From the NCBI GenBank assembly GCA_963721655.1, contig CAVRKH010000008.1, positions 65,026 through 129,025 on the forward strand: 64,000 bases of DNA. Reading direction: 5' to 3'. This DNA comes from an uncultured Chloroflexia bacterium. GTDB taxonomy: Bacteria > Chloroflexota > Limnocylindria > Limnocylindrales > CSP1-4. Shown piece after piece: positions 39,381 to 48,693 of this stretch. Numbering within the stretch: position 1 is the first letter of the stretch; every line of letters begins with the position of its first letter. The position numbers and the translations under genes are program-made. The notes under the pieces are model-generated. The model was not told the origin of the DNA and did no database searches. It saw only the letters and a list, made by a program, of their open reading frames with translations.

Positions 39381-39583
39381 TGTCCGCTCGTCGTCGTCTC
39401 GAGCAGTTTCGTCCGCAGGACGACCTGGCGTCCGCACGGTCCCAATTCGATACTCGCCCTCAATCTCAGGTGCCGGCTCTTTCCATTCGCGCGTGTGTCG
39501 ATTCGCCCGGTCGCCGTTCGTCGACCCATTGACCGGATCGAGATGGACATGGCCAGCCTCGCCCGGCACGAGGAGGGCTTGCC

Positions 39584-40693
39584 ATGAGCGGCCGGCACGG
39601 GATGTGGACCAAGATCTTTCCAGTTTCCGCGGTAGTGGCGCTGGTCGCGGTGGGCCCGGGGATCGGCCCGGTCGCTGCGGGACCCGCCGCGCGCGATGCC
39701 GTGTCGGTCTTCGCCTCTGCGCCCGCGCCCGGGCACCCGTTCGGGATCGCGGTCGGCGACGGCCAGGTCTATGTCTCCACAAGCGCGGGCGACTTCTTCG
39801 CTGATCCCGAGCACGGCGGGCACCTGAACTCGGACGACGAGCGGGTCTTCACCTACGACGTCGACGGGGATCTTGTCGACACGACCGTGATCGATACCGC
39901 CGACAACTCCGACATGGGTCTGTTCGGGCTCGCCCTCGACGGCAACCCTGGCCCGAAGCACCAGCTCTTCGTCGCCGATATGAACGGCCGAATTCTCACG
40001 GTCGGGCTCGGCCAGCACGCCGGTCCGCCGAAGGTCTTCGCGCAGGTCCCCGAGGACAGCGGGTTCGCGGGCGACTGGATGCTCTCGATGTGGAACGACC
40101 TCGCGTTCGACAAGGCCGGCAACCTCTACGTTCCCGACGACAAGCCGCGGATCTGGAAGGTCACCGCGGACGGCACCGCCCGGATCTGGTTGACCGACCC
40201 ACGTCTGACCGGGCAGTTCGGCTTCGCGGGTGGACCCCTCGGCGGGCGAATCGACCCGACGGGCCAGTGGCTGTACGTGTCGATCACACTGTCGGCCGAG
40301 TTCCCGTTCGACTCGACGATCTACCGGATCCGTCTCGTCGACCATCCGACGGCGGCCGACATCGAGCTCGTCCACCGATTCGTCGCCTCGCCCGACCCGA
40401 CGGTCGCGCCGCCGCAAGCGACGGGCCTCGCGTTCGCGAAATCCGGCAACCTGTACGTCAGCCTGCTGGGCCCGAACCAGATCGCGGTCCTCGATCCAGC
40501 TGGGAACGAGCTCCGAAGGATCTCGGATCCACGGTTCCACTCGCCGTGGGGCCTGGCGTTCCTCGGCAACACGCTGCTCGTGACGAACGGCGATCTCGAG
40601 CCGGGCGACAACCCGGACGCGTGGAAGATCTTCCGCGTCCAGGTCGGCGAGACGGGCTTACCGCTCAACCGGCCACGGGTGCCCGTGAACTGA
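39584..40693 (+). CDS. Secreted beta-propeller protein (SMP-30/gluconolactonase/NHL-like)
   Basis: GAGGAGGG lies before ATG 39584. A signal peptide is followed by repeated ...G.LYV.. blade-like motifs (GQVYVST, GNLYVPD, QWLYVSI, GNLYVSL). Intact. Confidence 0.55.
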   Translation: MSGRHGMWTKIFPVSAVVALVAVGPGIGPVAAGPAARDAVSVFASAPAPGHPFGIAVGDGQVYVSTSAGDFFADPEHGGHLNSDDERVFTYDVDGDLVDTTVIDTADNSDMGLFGLALDGNPGPKHQLFVADMNGRILTVGLGQHAGPPKVFAQVPEDSGFAGDWMLSMWNDLAFDKAGNLYVPDDKPRIWKVTADGTARIWLTDPRLTGQFGFAGGPLGGRIDPTGQWLYVSITLSAEFPFDSTIYRIRLVDHPTAADIELVHRFVASPDPTVAPPQATGLAFAKSGNLYVSLLGPNQIAVLDPAGNELRRISDPRFHSPWGLAFLGNTLLVTNGDLEPGDNPDAWKIFRVQVGETGLPLNRPRVPVN

Positions 40694-40711
40694 ATCTCGC
40701 TCGGCGTGCTC

Positions 40712-41351
40712 TTACTCGGCGTGGCGGCGGCGCAGTTCGTCGAGGACGGCGGACGGGGGCACGTCGCGCTCGGCGAGCAGCACGAGCAGGTGGTACAGGA
40801 GGTCGGCCGACTCGCCCGCGAGGGCCGCGCGGCGTTCCGGAGTCGATTCGGCCGCGTCGTCCTTGGCCGCCATGAGCACCTCGGTCGCCTCTTCGGTCAC
40901 CTTGCGGCCGGCCGCGTCCACGCCGCCGGCCAGGAGCTTCGCCGTGTAGGAGCCCTCGGGCCGGGTGGCAGCGCGCTCCGCGATCGTGCCCCACAGCGTT
41001 TCGAGCCAGCCGAAACCCTCCGATGCGCGCTCGGCAGGGGCGCCCTCCGGATCGAAGCAGCTCCGTGTCCCGCGGTGGCACGTCGGTCCGACCGGGTCGA
41101 CGGTGACGAGCAGCGCGTCCCGATCGCAGTCCTCGGCGATGTCGACGAGGCGCAGCACGTTGCCGCTCGTCTCGCCTTTTCGCCACAGCGTGTTGCGCGA
41201 TCGCGAGTGGAAGTGGACCTCGCCGCGTCGCGACGGTCGCGGCCAGCGCCTCCTCGTCCATCCAGGCAAGCATCAGCACGCGCCCGTCGGCGGCGTCCTG
41301 GACGATCGCCGGGACGAGCCCGTCGTCGCCGTACTGCGGATCGACGGTCAC
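40712..41351 (-). CDS. hisI: Bifunctional phosphoribosyl-AMP cyclohydrolase / phosphoribosyl-ATP pyrophosphatase HisIE (frameshift ~41225)
   Basis: [26 protein letters not shown] / [18 protein letters not shown]...CHRGTRSCF (HisI), then [10 protein letters not shown]...[11 protein letters not shown] (HisE). The GTG start overlaps the hisF stop. Confidence 0.8.
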
Positions 41352-42122
41352 GCCGCGACACCGGTCGTGGCACGGACCGGCAACCCGGCACCGGCCATCG
41401 CGGCCTTGACCGACGCGATCGAATGGATCCGCCGATGGAAGATCGAGGCGGCAAGCACGGCGTCCGCGCCGCCGTCGCGGACCGCGGCCACGAAGTCCGC
41501 CGGTCCGGCCGCTCCGCCCGAGGCGATAACCGGCACGGACACGCGATCGGTGATCGCACGGAGCAGCTCGGTGTCGAAGCCGAGGCCCGTCCCGTCCCGG
41601 TCGATCGAGGTGACCAGCAGCTCGCCCGCCCCGAGCTCGACCGCGTGCTGTGCCCACTCGACCGCGTCGAGCGGCGTCGCCTCGCGGCCGCCCTTGACGT
41701 AGACCGTCCAGCTCGGCCCAGTTGCGAAGCGCATCGATCGCGACGACCACCGCTTGCGACCCGAATCGCCGCGCGCACGCGGTGACCAGTTCGGGCTCGG
41801 CGACGGCGGCGGTGTTGAGGGAGACCTTGTCGGCGCCGGCCCGAAGGACGTCGCGCATCTCGTCGACGCTCCGCACGCCGCCACCGACCGTCAGCGGGAT
41901 GAACGCCCGGCGGGCGGTGCGCTCGACGATGTCGAGGAGCGTGCCTCGCCGTTCCGGCGCTGCCGTGATGTCGAGGAACACGAGCTCGTCGGCACCCTCG
42001 CGCGCGTAGCGCTCTGCGAGCTCTGGCGGATCGCCCTCGTCAACCAGGTCGACGAAGCGCGTCCCCTTCACGACGCGGCCGTCCGCCACGTCGAGGCAGG
42101 GGATGACCCGGCGGCGGAGCAT
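41348..42122 (-). CDS. hisF: Imidazole glycerol phosphate synthase cyclase subunit HisF (frameshift ~41720)
   Basis: [20 protein letters not shown]...[11 protein letters not shown]...VVVAIDA / [12 protein letters not shown]...[16 protein letters not shown]...VIASGGAG. Confidence 0.85.
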
Positions 42123-42782
42123 CAGGACGCCGAGCCGGCCGGGCACTTGCCCGCCGGCCCGCACGAGCGACACGAAGTTCGCCAGGAGGCGCAGGCCGTC
42201 GTCGCCGCTCCGCTCGGGGTGGAACTGGACGCCGAGCAGGTTGCCGCGGGCGACCGCCGAAACGAACCGCGCGCCATGCTCGGTCTCGGCGAGGATGACG
42301 TCGTCGGCCGTGTTCGCCGGCGCCCCCGCGTACGAATGGACGAAGTAGAAGTCGGCTCCCTGGACGATCCCGTCGAACAGCGGGTGGTCGCGCCGCCGGA
42401 CGACCTGGTTCCAGCCGATGTGCGGGAGCGTCGGGGCGTTCTCCAGCCGTTGCGCGCGGCCGGGCAGCACGCCGAACGTCTGTGCTCCGTCCTCGTCACT
42501 CGCCTCGAACAGCAGTTGCAGCCCGAGGCATACGCCGAGGAACGGCTTGTCCGCCGCGATCCATTCGACGATCGGGTCCACGAGGCCGGCGTCGCGGAGG
42601 CGGTCCATCGCGGGCGCGGCCGCCCCTACGCCGGGAACGACGATCGCATCCGCGCCCTCGAACGGTGCCGGATCGCGGGCGATCTCCACCTCGGCACCGG
42701 AGGCGGTCAGCCCCTGTTCGATGCTCACGAGGTTGCCGGCGCCGTAGTCGACGACGGCGATGCGGGGACGCGTGTCGTTCAT
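42123..42782 (-). CDS. hisH: Imidazole glycerol phosphate synthase glutaminase subunit HisH (no stop codon before hisF in the assembled frame)
   Basis: [14 protein letters not shown]...[10 protein letters not shown] (catalytic Cys)...GVQFHPERS. The frame continues ...[33 protein letters not shown] into hisF. Confidence 0.85.
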
Positions 42783-43405
42783 CCGAGCGAGCCCTTCGTC
42801 GAGGCTACGCCGTCGCGTCGCGGATCGGCTTCGCAGGCCTCGCGGAGCGCGCGGGCGAGCGCCTTGAAGGCGGCCTCGGCCAGGTGGTGGTCGTTGCGGC
42901 CGGTGCCGCGGACGTGGAGCGTCGCGCCGGCCGTCCGCGCGAACGCTTCGAGTGCGTGCTCGACGAGCTGGAGCGGCAGGCCGCCGACGCGCTCGCCGCG
43001 GAACGGCAGGTCGATCACCGCGTACGGCCGCCCACCGACGTCGATCACCGCGGTCGCGAGCGATTCGTCCATCGGCACCGATGCCTCGCCGAAGCGGCGG
43101 ATCCCGGCCCGGTCGCCGAGCGCCTCCGCGAACGCCGAGCCGAGCACGAGCGCGACGTCTTCGACCGTGTGGTGCTCGTCGACGTCGAGGTCGCCGGTCG
43201 CCCGGATCTCGATGTCGAACAGGCCGTGGTGCGCGAGCGACGTGAGGAGATGGTCGTAGAACCCGACCCCGGTCGAGATCCGCGCGACGCCCGAGCCGTC
43301 GAGGTCGAGCGAAACGTCGATCTCGGTCTCGCGGGTGCGGCGGCTCACGGAGACACGCCGCGTGCCGCGGTCGGTGACGTCGAGGGTGCCGAGCGGGGTC
43401 GTCAT
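42779..43405 (-). CDS. hisB: Imidazoleglycerol-phosphate dehydratase
   Basis: Intact. [16 protein letters not shown]...GFYDHLL...[14 protein letters not shown]...[14 protein letters not shown]. Confidence 0.9.
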   Translation of the reverse strand: MTTPLGTLDVTDRGTRRVSVSRRTRETEIDVSLDLDGSGVARISTGVGFYDHLLTSLAHHGLFDIEIRATGDLDVDEHHTVEDVALVLGSAFAEALGDRAGIRRFGEASVPMDESLATAVIDVGGRPYAVIDLPFRGERVGGLPLQLVEHALEAFARTAGATLHVRGTGRNDHHLAEAAFKALARALREACEADPRRDGVASTKGSLG

Positions 43406-44547
43406 GCGTGGATCTCCGAGCTGAGCTGGCGGGCGGCCTCGATGAGCCGGTCGTTCTCGTGGCGGTCACGCACCGTGAGGCGCAGGTAGGAGGCGAGCAC
43501 GTGGCCCATGCCGAACGTGCGCGGGACGATGCCGCGGGCGAGGAGGCCCTCGGCCGTGGCGGCGGCACGCTCCGGGGAGCCGAAGTCGACCAGCAGGAAG
43601 TTCGTCACGCTCGGCCCGACCGACCAGCCGGCAGCGGTCAGCGCGTCGGCGAGACGGCCGCGCTCGGTCTCGACGCGGGCAAGGTTGGTCGCCAGGATCG
43701 CCGGGTCGAGCAGCGCCTCGGTCACGATCGTCACCGAGACCGTGGACACCGACCCGGGCGGGCGATACGGGTTCATGCGGGCGATGACCTCTGGGCTGGC
43801 GACGGCGAACCCGACGCGGAGGCCGGCAAGCGCGTAGGCCTTGCTCGCGGTGCGCACGACGATGAGCCGCGGGTAGGTCTCGCGCAGCGGGAGGAGGGTC
43901 GTCCCGACGAACTCCGCGTACGCCTCGTCGAGGACGACGATCGGCGGCTCGGCTTCGTCCGCTTCGGCGTCGGTGGCGAGGGCCGTCAGGAGCAGTTCGA
44001 TCGTGCCGTCGGGCTCGGCGAGGCCGGTCGGGTTGTTCGGGCTGCACAGCCAGACGACGCTGCTCCCGCGCGCAGCCGCGCGGACCGCGTCGACGTCGAG
44101 CGCCCAGCCCTCGGCGGGCGGTCGCCGCGGGACGGTGACGATCTCGGCACCGCGCTGTTCGGTGAGCACGCGGTACATCGCGTAGGTCGGCGCCGGCAGC
44201 ACGGCCCGGGAACCTTCGGCGAGGAACGCCTTGGCGACCAGGTCGAGGATTTCGTCCGCGCCGGCGCCCACGAGCAGCTCGTCGGTGCCGACGCCGTAGC
44301 GGGCAGCTGCCGCTTCGGTGAGCCGGCGGTAGTCCGAGGGCGGGTACTCCGAGAGTGGCGTATCGAACTGGCCGGCCGCCAGCAGGCGATCGACGAGGGC
44401 CGGCGGGGTGGGGGAGGTGTTGAGGTCGAAGCGGACGATCGAGTCGATCGGCACGCCGTAGCGCTCGGCGACCTGCTCGTTCGTTGCCTCCCACGCATAG
44501 GCGGTGGGCAGGACCGGGGAGGTGAAGGTGACCGGCGTCGGGCTCAT
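43402..44547 (-). CDS. hisC: Histidinol-phosphate aminotransferase
   Basis: Intact region of track ORF 43402-46836. [19 protein letters not shown], and [15 protein letters not shown] (PLP lysine). Confidence 0.85.
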   Translation of the reverse strand: MSPTPVTFTSPVLPTAYAWEATNEQVAERYGVPIDSIVRFDLNTSPTPPALVDRLLAAGQFDTPLSEYPPSDYRRLTEAAAARYGVGTDELLVGAGADEILDLVAKAFLAEGSRAVLPAPTYAMYRVLTEQRGAEIVTVPRRPPAEGWALDVDAVRAAARGSSVVWLCSPNNPTGLAEPDGTIELLLTALATDAEADEAEPPIVVLDEAYAEFVGTTLLPLRETYPRLIVVRTASKAYALAGLRVGFAVASPEVIARMNPYRPPGSVSTVSVTIVTEALLDPAILATNLARVETERGRLADALTAAGWSVGPSVTNFLLVDFGSPERAAATAEGLLARGIVPRTFGMGHVLASYLRLTVRDRHENDRLIEAARQLSSEIHA

Positions 44548-45897
44548 CGCTCCGGCTCCGGGTCGACGTCGAAGCGGGCGAGCACGGCGTCGCGGTGGGC
44601 GAGCAGGCCCTCCGCCTCGGCCAGCGTCGTGATCGTGTCGCGGATGGTGGCGAGCCCTTCGCGGTCGATGCGCTGGACCTGCACGAACTTGCCGTACGCC
44701 TCGACCGCCAGGCCGCCCGACGATCGGGCGAGGCCGCCGGTGGGGAGCACGTGATTCGCGCCCGTCGCGTAGTCGCCGGCCGATTCGGGCGCCCACGGCC
44801 CGACGAACAGGGAGCCAGCGTTGCGCAGCCGCGCGACGGTCGGTTCGAGCGGCTCGACGTCGACCGACAGGTGCTCGGGGCCGTACGCGTTGACGAAGTC
44901 GATCGCGGCGTCGAGGTCGGGCGCGAGACAGATTCGACCGTGCGCGGCCAGGGCGGCTTCGAGGATGTCGCGGCGTGACGCGGTCGCGAGGCGTGCCTGG
45001 ACCTCGGCCTCGACGGCGTCGGCGAAGGCCGCGTCGGTCGTCACGAGGATGGCCGGCGAATCCGGGCCGTGCTCGGCCTGGGTGATGAGGTCGGCCGCGA
45101 CGCGTCCGGCGTCTGCGGGCGGCGCCGCCAGGACCATGCCCTCCGACGGGCCGGCGGGCAGGTCGATGCCGACCTCGCCGCAGACCTCGATCTTGGCGGC
45201 GGTCACCCAGGCATTCCCCGGCCCGACGATCCGGTCCACGGGTTCGAGGCCGGCGTCCGGCAGGCCGTACGCCAGCGCCCCGATCGCCTGCGCGCCACCG
45301 GCCACCACGAAGGCGTCGATCTCGAGCAGGCCGGCGGCCCCAAGGAGGACCGGGTGGTTCGATGCCCTCGCGGTCGGCGGGGGAGGCGACGACGACCCGC
45401 TCGACGCCCGCGACCTGCGCCGGGACGACGGTCATCACCAGTGACGACGGATACGGAGCCGAGCCACCAGGGACGTAGCAGCCGACGCTGGCGAGCGGCG
45501 CCCAGCGGCGTTCGAGGTCGATCCCGGGTGCGATCCGCGTTCGGGTGCTCTCCGGTCGCTGGGTCTCGGCGAAGCGGCGGACGTGCTCGATCGCCTGGTC
45601 GAGCGCGCGGCGCACCTGCGGTTCGAGCGCGTCGCGTGCCGCGCGGAGCTCGCCGCGGTCCAGGAGGAGACGCCCGTCCGGCCGGCCACCGCCGACGCGC
45701 TCGTTGGCCGCACGGACCGCCTCGTCGCCGCCTTCGCGGATGGCGGCCAGCGTGGCGCGTGCGCTCTCGCGGACCGCCGGATCAGGCACGGCGCCGCGTC
45801 GGATGAGGGCAGCGCGTTCGGCCCGGCTGGCGGGGTCCGTCGCGCCGAGAACCAGGCGGCGCAGGCGGAGCTCGACCGGTGCGTCGGCGGGACTCAC
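44544..45897 (-). CDS. hisD: Histidinol dehydrogenase (frameshift ~45355)
   Basis: VGCYVPGGSAPYPSSLVMTVVPAQVAGV... / AGGAQAIGALAYG...ITQAEHGPDS...GDYATGANHVLPTGG. The GTG start overlaps the hisG stop. Confidence 0.85.
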
Positions 45898-46754
45898 GGG
45901 ACGATCTTCTCGATCGGCAGCACGAGGATGCCGGACGCGCCGGCGGCCTTCAGTCGCGGCAGGAGGCCCCACACCTCGTCCGAGCCGACCACCGAGTGGA
46001 TCGCGATCATCCCCTCGTGCGCGAGCGGAATGACCGACGGCGACTCGAGCCCTGGCAGGAGCGCTTCCAGCTCGGCGAGCTTCGCCGACGGGGCGTTCAT
46101 CAGCAGGTATTTCTGGCCGCGCGCCGCGATGACCGCGCTGAGCATCGTGTCGATCGCGGCCAGCTCCGCGGCGCGTTCGCGATGGGCTGCCGGGTTCGCG
46201 ACGAGGACCGCCTCGGAGCTCAGGACGTCGCCGATCGGGCGGAGGCCGTTCATCACCATCGTGGAGCCGGTCGAGACGAGGTCGACGATGGCCTCGGCGA
46301 GCCCGAGACGAGGGGCGACCTCGACCGCGCCGGAGATCGGGATCACGTCGACCGGGATCGCGCGCGATTCGAAGAACCGACGCGCCGTGTTGGGATGGGC
46401 GGTCGCGACCCGCAGGCCGGCCAGGTCCTCGACGGCCTGGTACGGCGAATCGTTCGGGACCGCGGCCGCGAGCCGGCACTGCCCGTAGCCGAGGTCGCGG
46501 ACGCGCGGCAGCTCCGCGCTCGTCTCGGTCAGCAGGTCGATGCCGGTGACGCCGAGGTCCGCCACGCCGTCGCCCACGAACTCGATGACGTCGTTCGTGC
46601 GCACGAAGAGCACGTCGAGGTCGTAGTTCTGGACGCGCGCGACGAGGCTGCGGTCGTGCTCGTCGAACACGAGGCCCGCATCGTGGAGGAGCCGAAGGGT
46701 CGGTTCGACCAGCCGTCCCTTGTTCGGGATGGCCAGCCTGAGGCGGTCTCTCAT
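45894..46754 (-). CDS. hisG: ATP phosphoribosyltransferase (long form)
   Basis: Intact. LRLAIPNKGRL...DLGVTGIDLL...DLVSTGSTMVMNGL, plus the C-terminal regulatory domain. Confidence 0.85.
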   Translation of the reverse strand: MRDRLRLAIPNKGRLVEPTLRLLHDAGLVFDEHDRSLVARVQNYDLDVLFVRTNDVIEFVGDGVADLGVTGIDLLTETSAELPRVRDLGYGQCRLAAAVPNDSPYQAVEDLAGLRVATAHPNTARRFFESRAIPVDVIPISGAVEVAPRLGLAEAIVDLVSTGSTMVMNGLRPIGDVLSSEAVLVANPAAHRERAAELAAIDTMLSAVIAARGQKYLLMNAPSAKLAELEALLPGLESPSVIPLAHEGMIAIHSVVGSDEVWGLLPRLKAAGASGILVLPIEKIVP

Positions 46755-47080
46755 TGTTCGACGGCGGTGGGGTAGGGGCGCCCACCGGGCTGTTCGGCCT
46801 TGAGGCGCTCGAGTGCCAGCTGGTAGCCGCCCTCACCGTGATTCAGCCAGGAGGCGATCCGCGTGATCGTCGCGGTGCTGGCGCCGGTCGTTCGGGAGAT
46901 CTCGGCATAGTGCATGCCCTGGTCGAGCAGGCGGACCACCGCCCAGCGCTGGGCGATGTCGCGAAGCTCGTTCAGCGTGCAAAGGTCGCGGAAGAAGCGC
47001 TCTGCGTCCTCAACCGTTTCGAGGCGCAGAATCGCTTCGAAGAGTGCCTCTGCTTCGGGGGTTCGCCAGTCATCGGCCAT
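46751..47080 (-). CDS. TrpR-like YerC/YecD-family DNA-binding protein, first gene of the his operon
   Basis: Intact 109-aa ORF. FFRDLCTLNELRDIAQRWAVVRLLDQGMHYAEISRTTGASTATITRIASWL is the YerC/TrpR HTH pattern. Its stop overlaps the hisG ATG. Confidence 0.7.
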   Translation of the reverse strand: MADDWRTPEAEALFEAILRLETVEDAERFFRDLCTLNELRDIAQRWAVVRLLDQGMHYAEISRTTGASTATITRIASWLNHGEGGYQLALERLKAEQPGGRPYPTAVEQ

Positions 47081-47112
47081 GGGTGTCGCTCGCTTACTCT
47101 CGGCTGTGCTTG

Positions 47113-47148
47113 CTAGCGTGCTAACGTATTAGCGTGCTAAAACGCTAA
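47113..47148. promoter_or_regulatory. Candidate operator: two 12-bp palindromes plus a half-site in the yerC-his / hisA divergent region
   Basis: CTAGC-gt-GCTAA (47113-47124) and TTAGC-gt-GCTAA (47129-47140). The exact 11-mer TAGCGTGCTAA is repeated 16 bp apart. An extra GCTAA lies at 47144-47148. Confidence 0.4.
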
Positions 47149-47152
47149 CACG

Positions 47153-47908
47153 GTGCCACAACGGATGACAAGTCCTTTCGAGCTGCTGCCTGCAATCGAC
47201 CTCCGCGAAGGTCGCGTGGTTCGGCTGCGGCAGGGCGATTTCGATCAGGAAACCGCCTTCAGCGACGACCCCGTTGCAGTGGCGGTTGGGTTCGCGGCCG
47301 GCGGGGCGGCATGGCTCCATGTCGTGGATCTGGATGGGGCGCGCTCAGGGACGCCCGTCCACATGACGATCATCGGAGCGATAGCTGCCGCCGTCGGCGG
47401 GGAGGTCCTGGTCGAGGCCGCGGGTGGCCTCAGGACGGCCGACGCGGTGCGAGCAGTCCTCGGGTCAGGGGCAGCGCGCGCGGTTGTCGGCACGGCCGCC
47501 CTCCGAGACCCGTCGTTCGCGGGCGCATTGGTCGAGGAACACGGGCCGGAACGCGTGGCAGTCGCAATCGACGTCCGCGATGGTCGTGCCGTCGGCAGCG
47601 GTTGGGTCGCCTCGTCGCCCGGGCCGGATGCGCTGGAGGCCATCGGCCTGCTTGCCGACCAGGGCGTCACTACCTTCGAGGTCACCGCAATCGACCGCGA
47701 TGGTCTGCTGGAAGGCCCGGACCTCGGCTTGCTGCGACGGGCCATCGCGCTCAACCGGGGTCGCATCATCGCCTCGGGCGGCATCGCGTCGGTCCAGGAC
47801 ACCGCCGCGGTCCGCGCCATCGGCTGCGCGGGCGCCATCATCGGCCGCGCGCTGTACGAGGGTCAGCTCTCGCTGCGGGACGCGTTGTCTGCCGCTGAAC
47901 CGGACTGA
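47153..47908 (+). CDS. hisA: ProFAR isomerase HisA (possibly PriA-type)
   Basis: GTG start, intact. LLPAIDLREGRVVRLRQGD...LHVVDLDGA...TAIDRDGLLEGPD...ASGGIAS. Confidence 0.85.
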   Translation: MPQRMTSPFELLPAIDLREGRVVRLRQGDFDQETAFSDDPVAVAVGFAAGGAAWLHVVDLDGARSGTPVHMTIIGAIAAAVGGEVLVEAAGGLRTADAVRAVLGSGAARAVVGTAALRDPSFAGALVEEHGPERVAVAIDVRDGRAVGSGWVASSPGPDALEAIGLLADQGVTTFEVTAIDRDGLLEGPDLGLLRRAIALNRGRIIASGGIASVQDTAAVRAIGCAGAIIGRALYEGQLSLRDALSAAEPD

Positions 47909-48402
47909 CGCCGGAACCGCTCATCCTCCCACCAGCCAAGCGGCGTTCGACCGTCGTCCGCGTAGACGTTGCCGTACGACCAGGTCGACCCCTCGGTTGC
48001 GTCGACCCAGTCGTCAAGCAACTGCTCGATCCGCTGGAAGCCGGCGCTGAGCGGGAACGTCAGGACCGTCGAGCCCTCGGTCCGGCCGTCGAGCCAGCCG
48101 CCCAGGGCGACGGCGCCGGGAAGCAGCGCAGCGTCGACGCTTTCCCGCACGTCGACGCCCGGATGCCAGACCTGCACGCACAGGTTCCCGGATCGTTCGA
48201 CGATCGCGTACGTGCCGTCGGCCTGTCGATCGAACACGTCGCCGGCGGCCAGGCCATCCAGCAGCCCGGGCGACGCGAGGATCCGGTACCGCTCGCCGCC
48301 GAGCGGCTCGACCGGGACCTCCTCGAAGAACGGCTGGCCGTCGCTCGTGCGGTCGACGAACAACTCGACGGTCGCCTGGTTCGGGTTTGATCGGTCGAGC
48401 AT
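47863..48402 (-). CDS. DUF4265-like protein
   Basis: ATG 48402. ...GGERYRILASPGLLDGLAAGDVFDRQADGTYAIVERSGNLCVQVW resembles, from memory, DUF4265. Its 3' end overlaps the hisA 3' end by about 45 nt. Confidence 0.45.
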   Translation of the reverse strand: MLDRSNPNQATVELFVDRTSDGQPFFEEVPVEPLGGERYRILASPGLLDGLAAGDVFDRQADGTYAIVERSGNLCVQVWHPGVDVRESVDAALLPGAVALGGWLDGRTEGSTVLTFPLSAGFQRIEQLLDDWVDATEGSTWSYGNVYADDGRTPLGWWEDERFRRQSGSAADNASRSES

Positions 48403-48430
48403 CAGGATCGTGCCATTGTGTCGCCCCGAG

Positions 48431-48634
48431 GAAATCTGGCCACGCTGTTGGCGGTTCCTGGCCAGATTTTCACCGGTGGGCACTTAGGCAGGATCGCAGG
48501 GTCGCGGACCGTCCCGATTCGGCCCGACAGGCCCGATTCCGGCCAGTTCTGCGGCCAAATTCTCACCGGGTGGGAATCTGGCCGGATTGCGGGTCGTGGA
48601 GTTGGCCCAAGTTTCCCCGGGTGGGAAATTGGCC
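48431..48634. repeat. Intergenic hairpin-repeat array H (GGCCARATTYTCACCGGGTGGGAATCTGGCC family)
   Basis: Hairpins: GAAATCTGGCC...GGCCAGATTTT (48431-48470), GGCCAAATTC-tcaccgggtgg-GAATCTGGCC (48553-48583), and GGCCCAAGTTTCC-ccgggtg-GGAAATTGGCC (48604-48634). The last two are 51 bp apart. The core CACCGG(G)TGGG occurs three times. Confidence 0.7.
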
Positions 48635-48693
48635 AAGTCGGCGCCTGATGGCCCTGCCGGCTCCGCCGGCCGCGCGCACGTCCCGACACGCAC

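Noticed and set aside
40665-46836. Two giant minus-strand ORFs (967 aa and 1144 aa) spanning the his operon
   Set aside because: They are chimeras. Each contains correctly framed segments of some his genes (hisH, the hisF N-terminus, hisC, the hisD N-terminus), joined by out-of-frame read-through of neighbouring genes. They were resolved into individual his genes using conserved motifs and the 4-nt overlaps.
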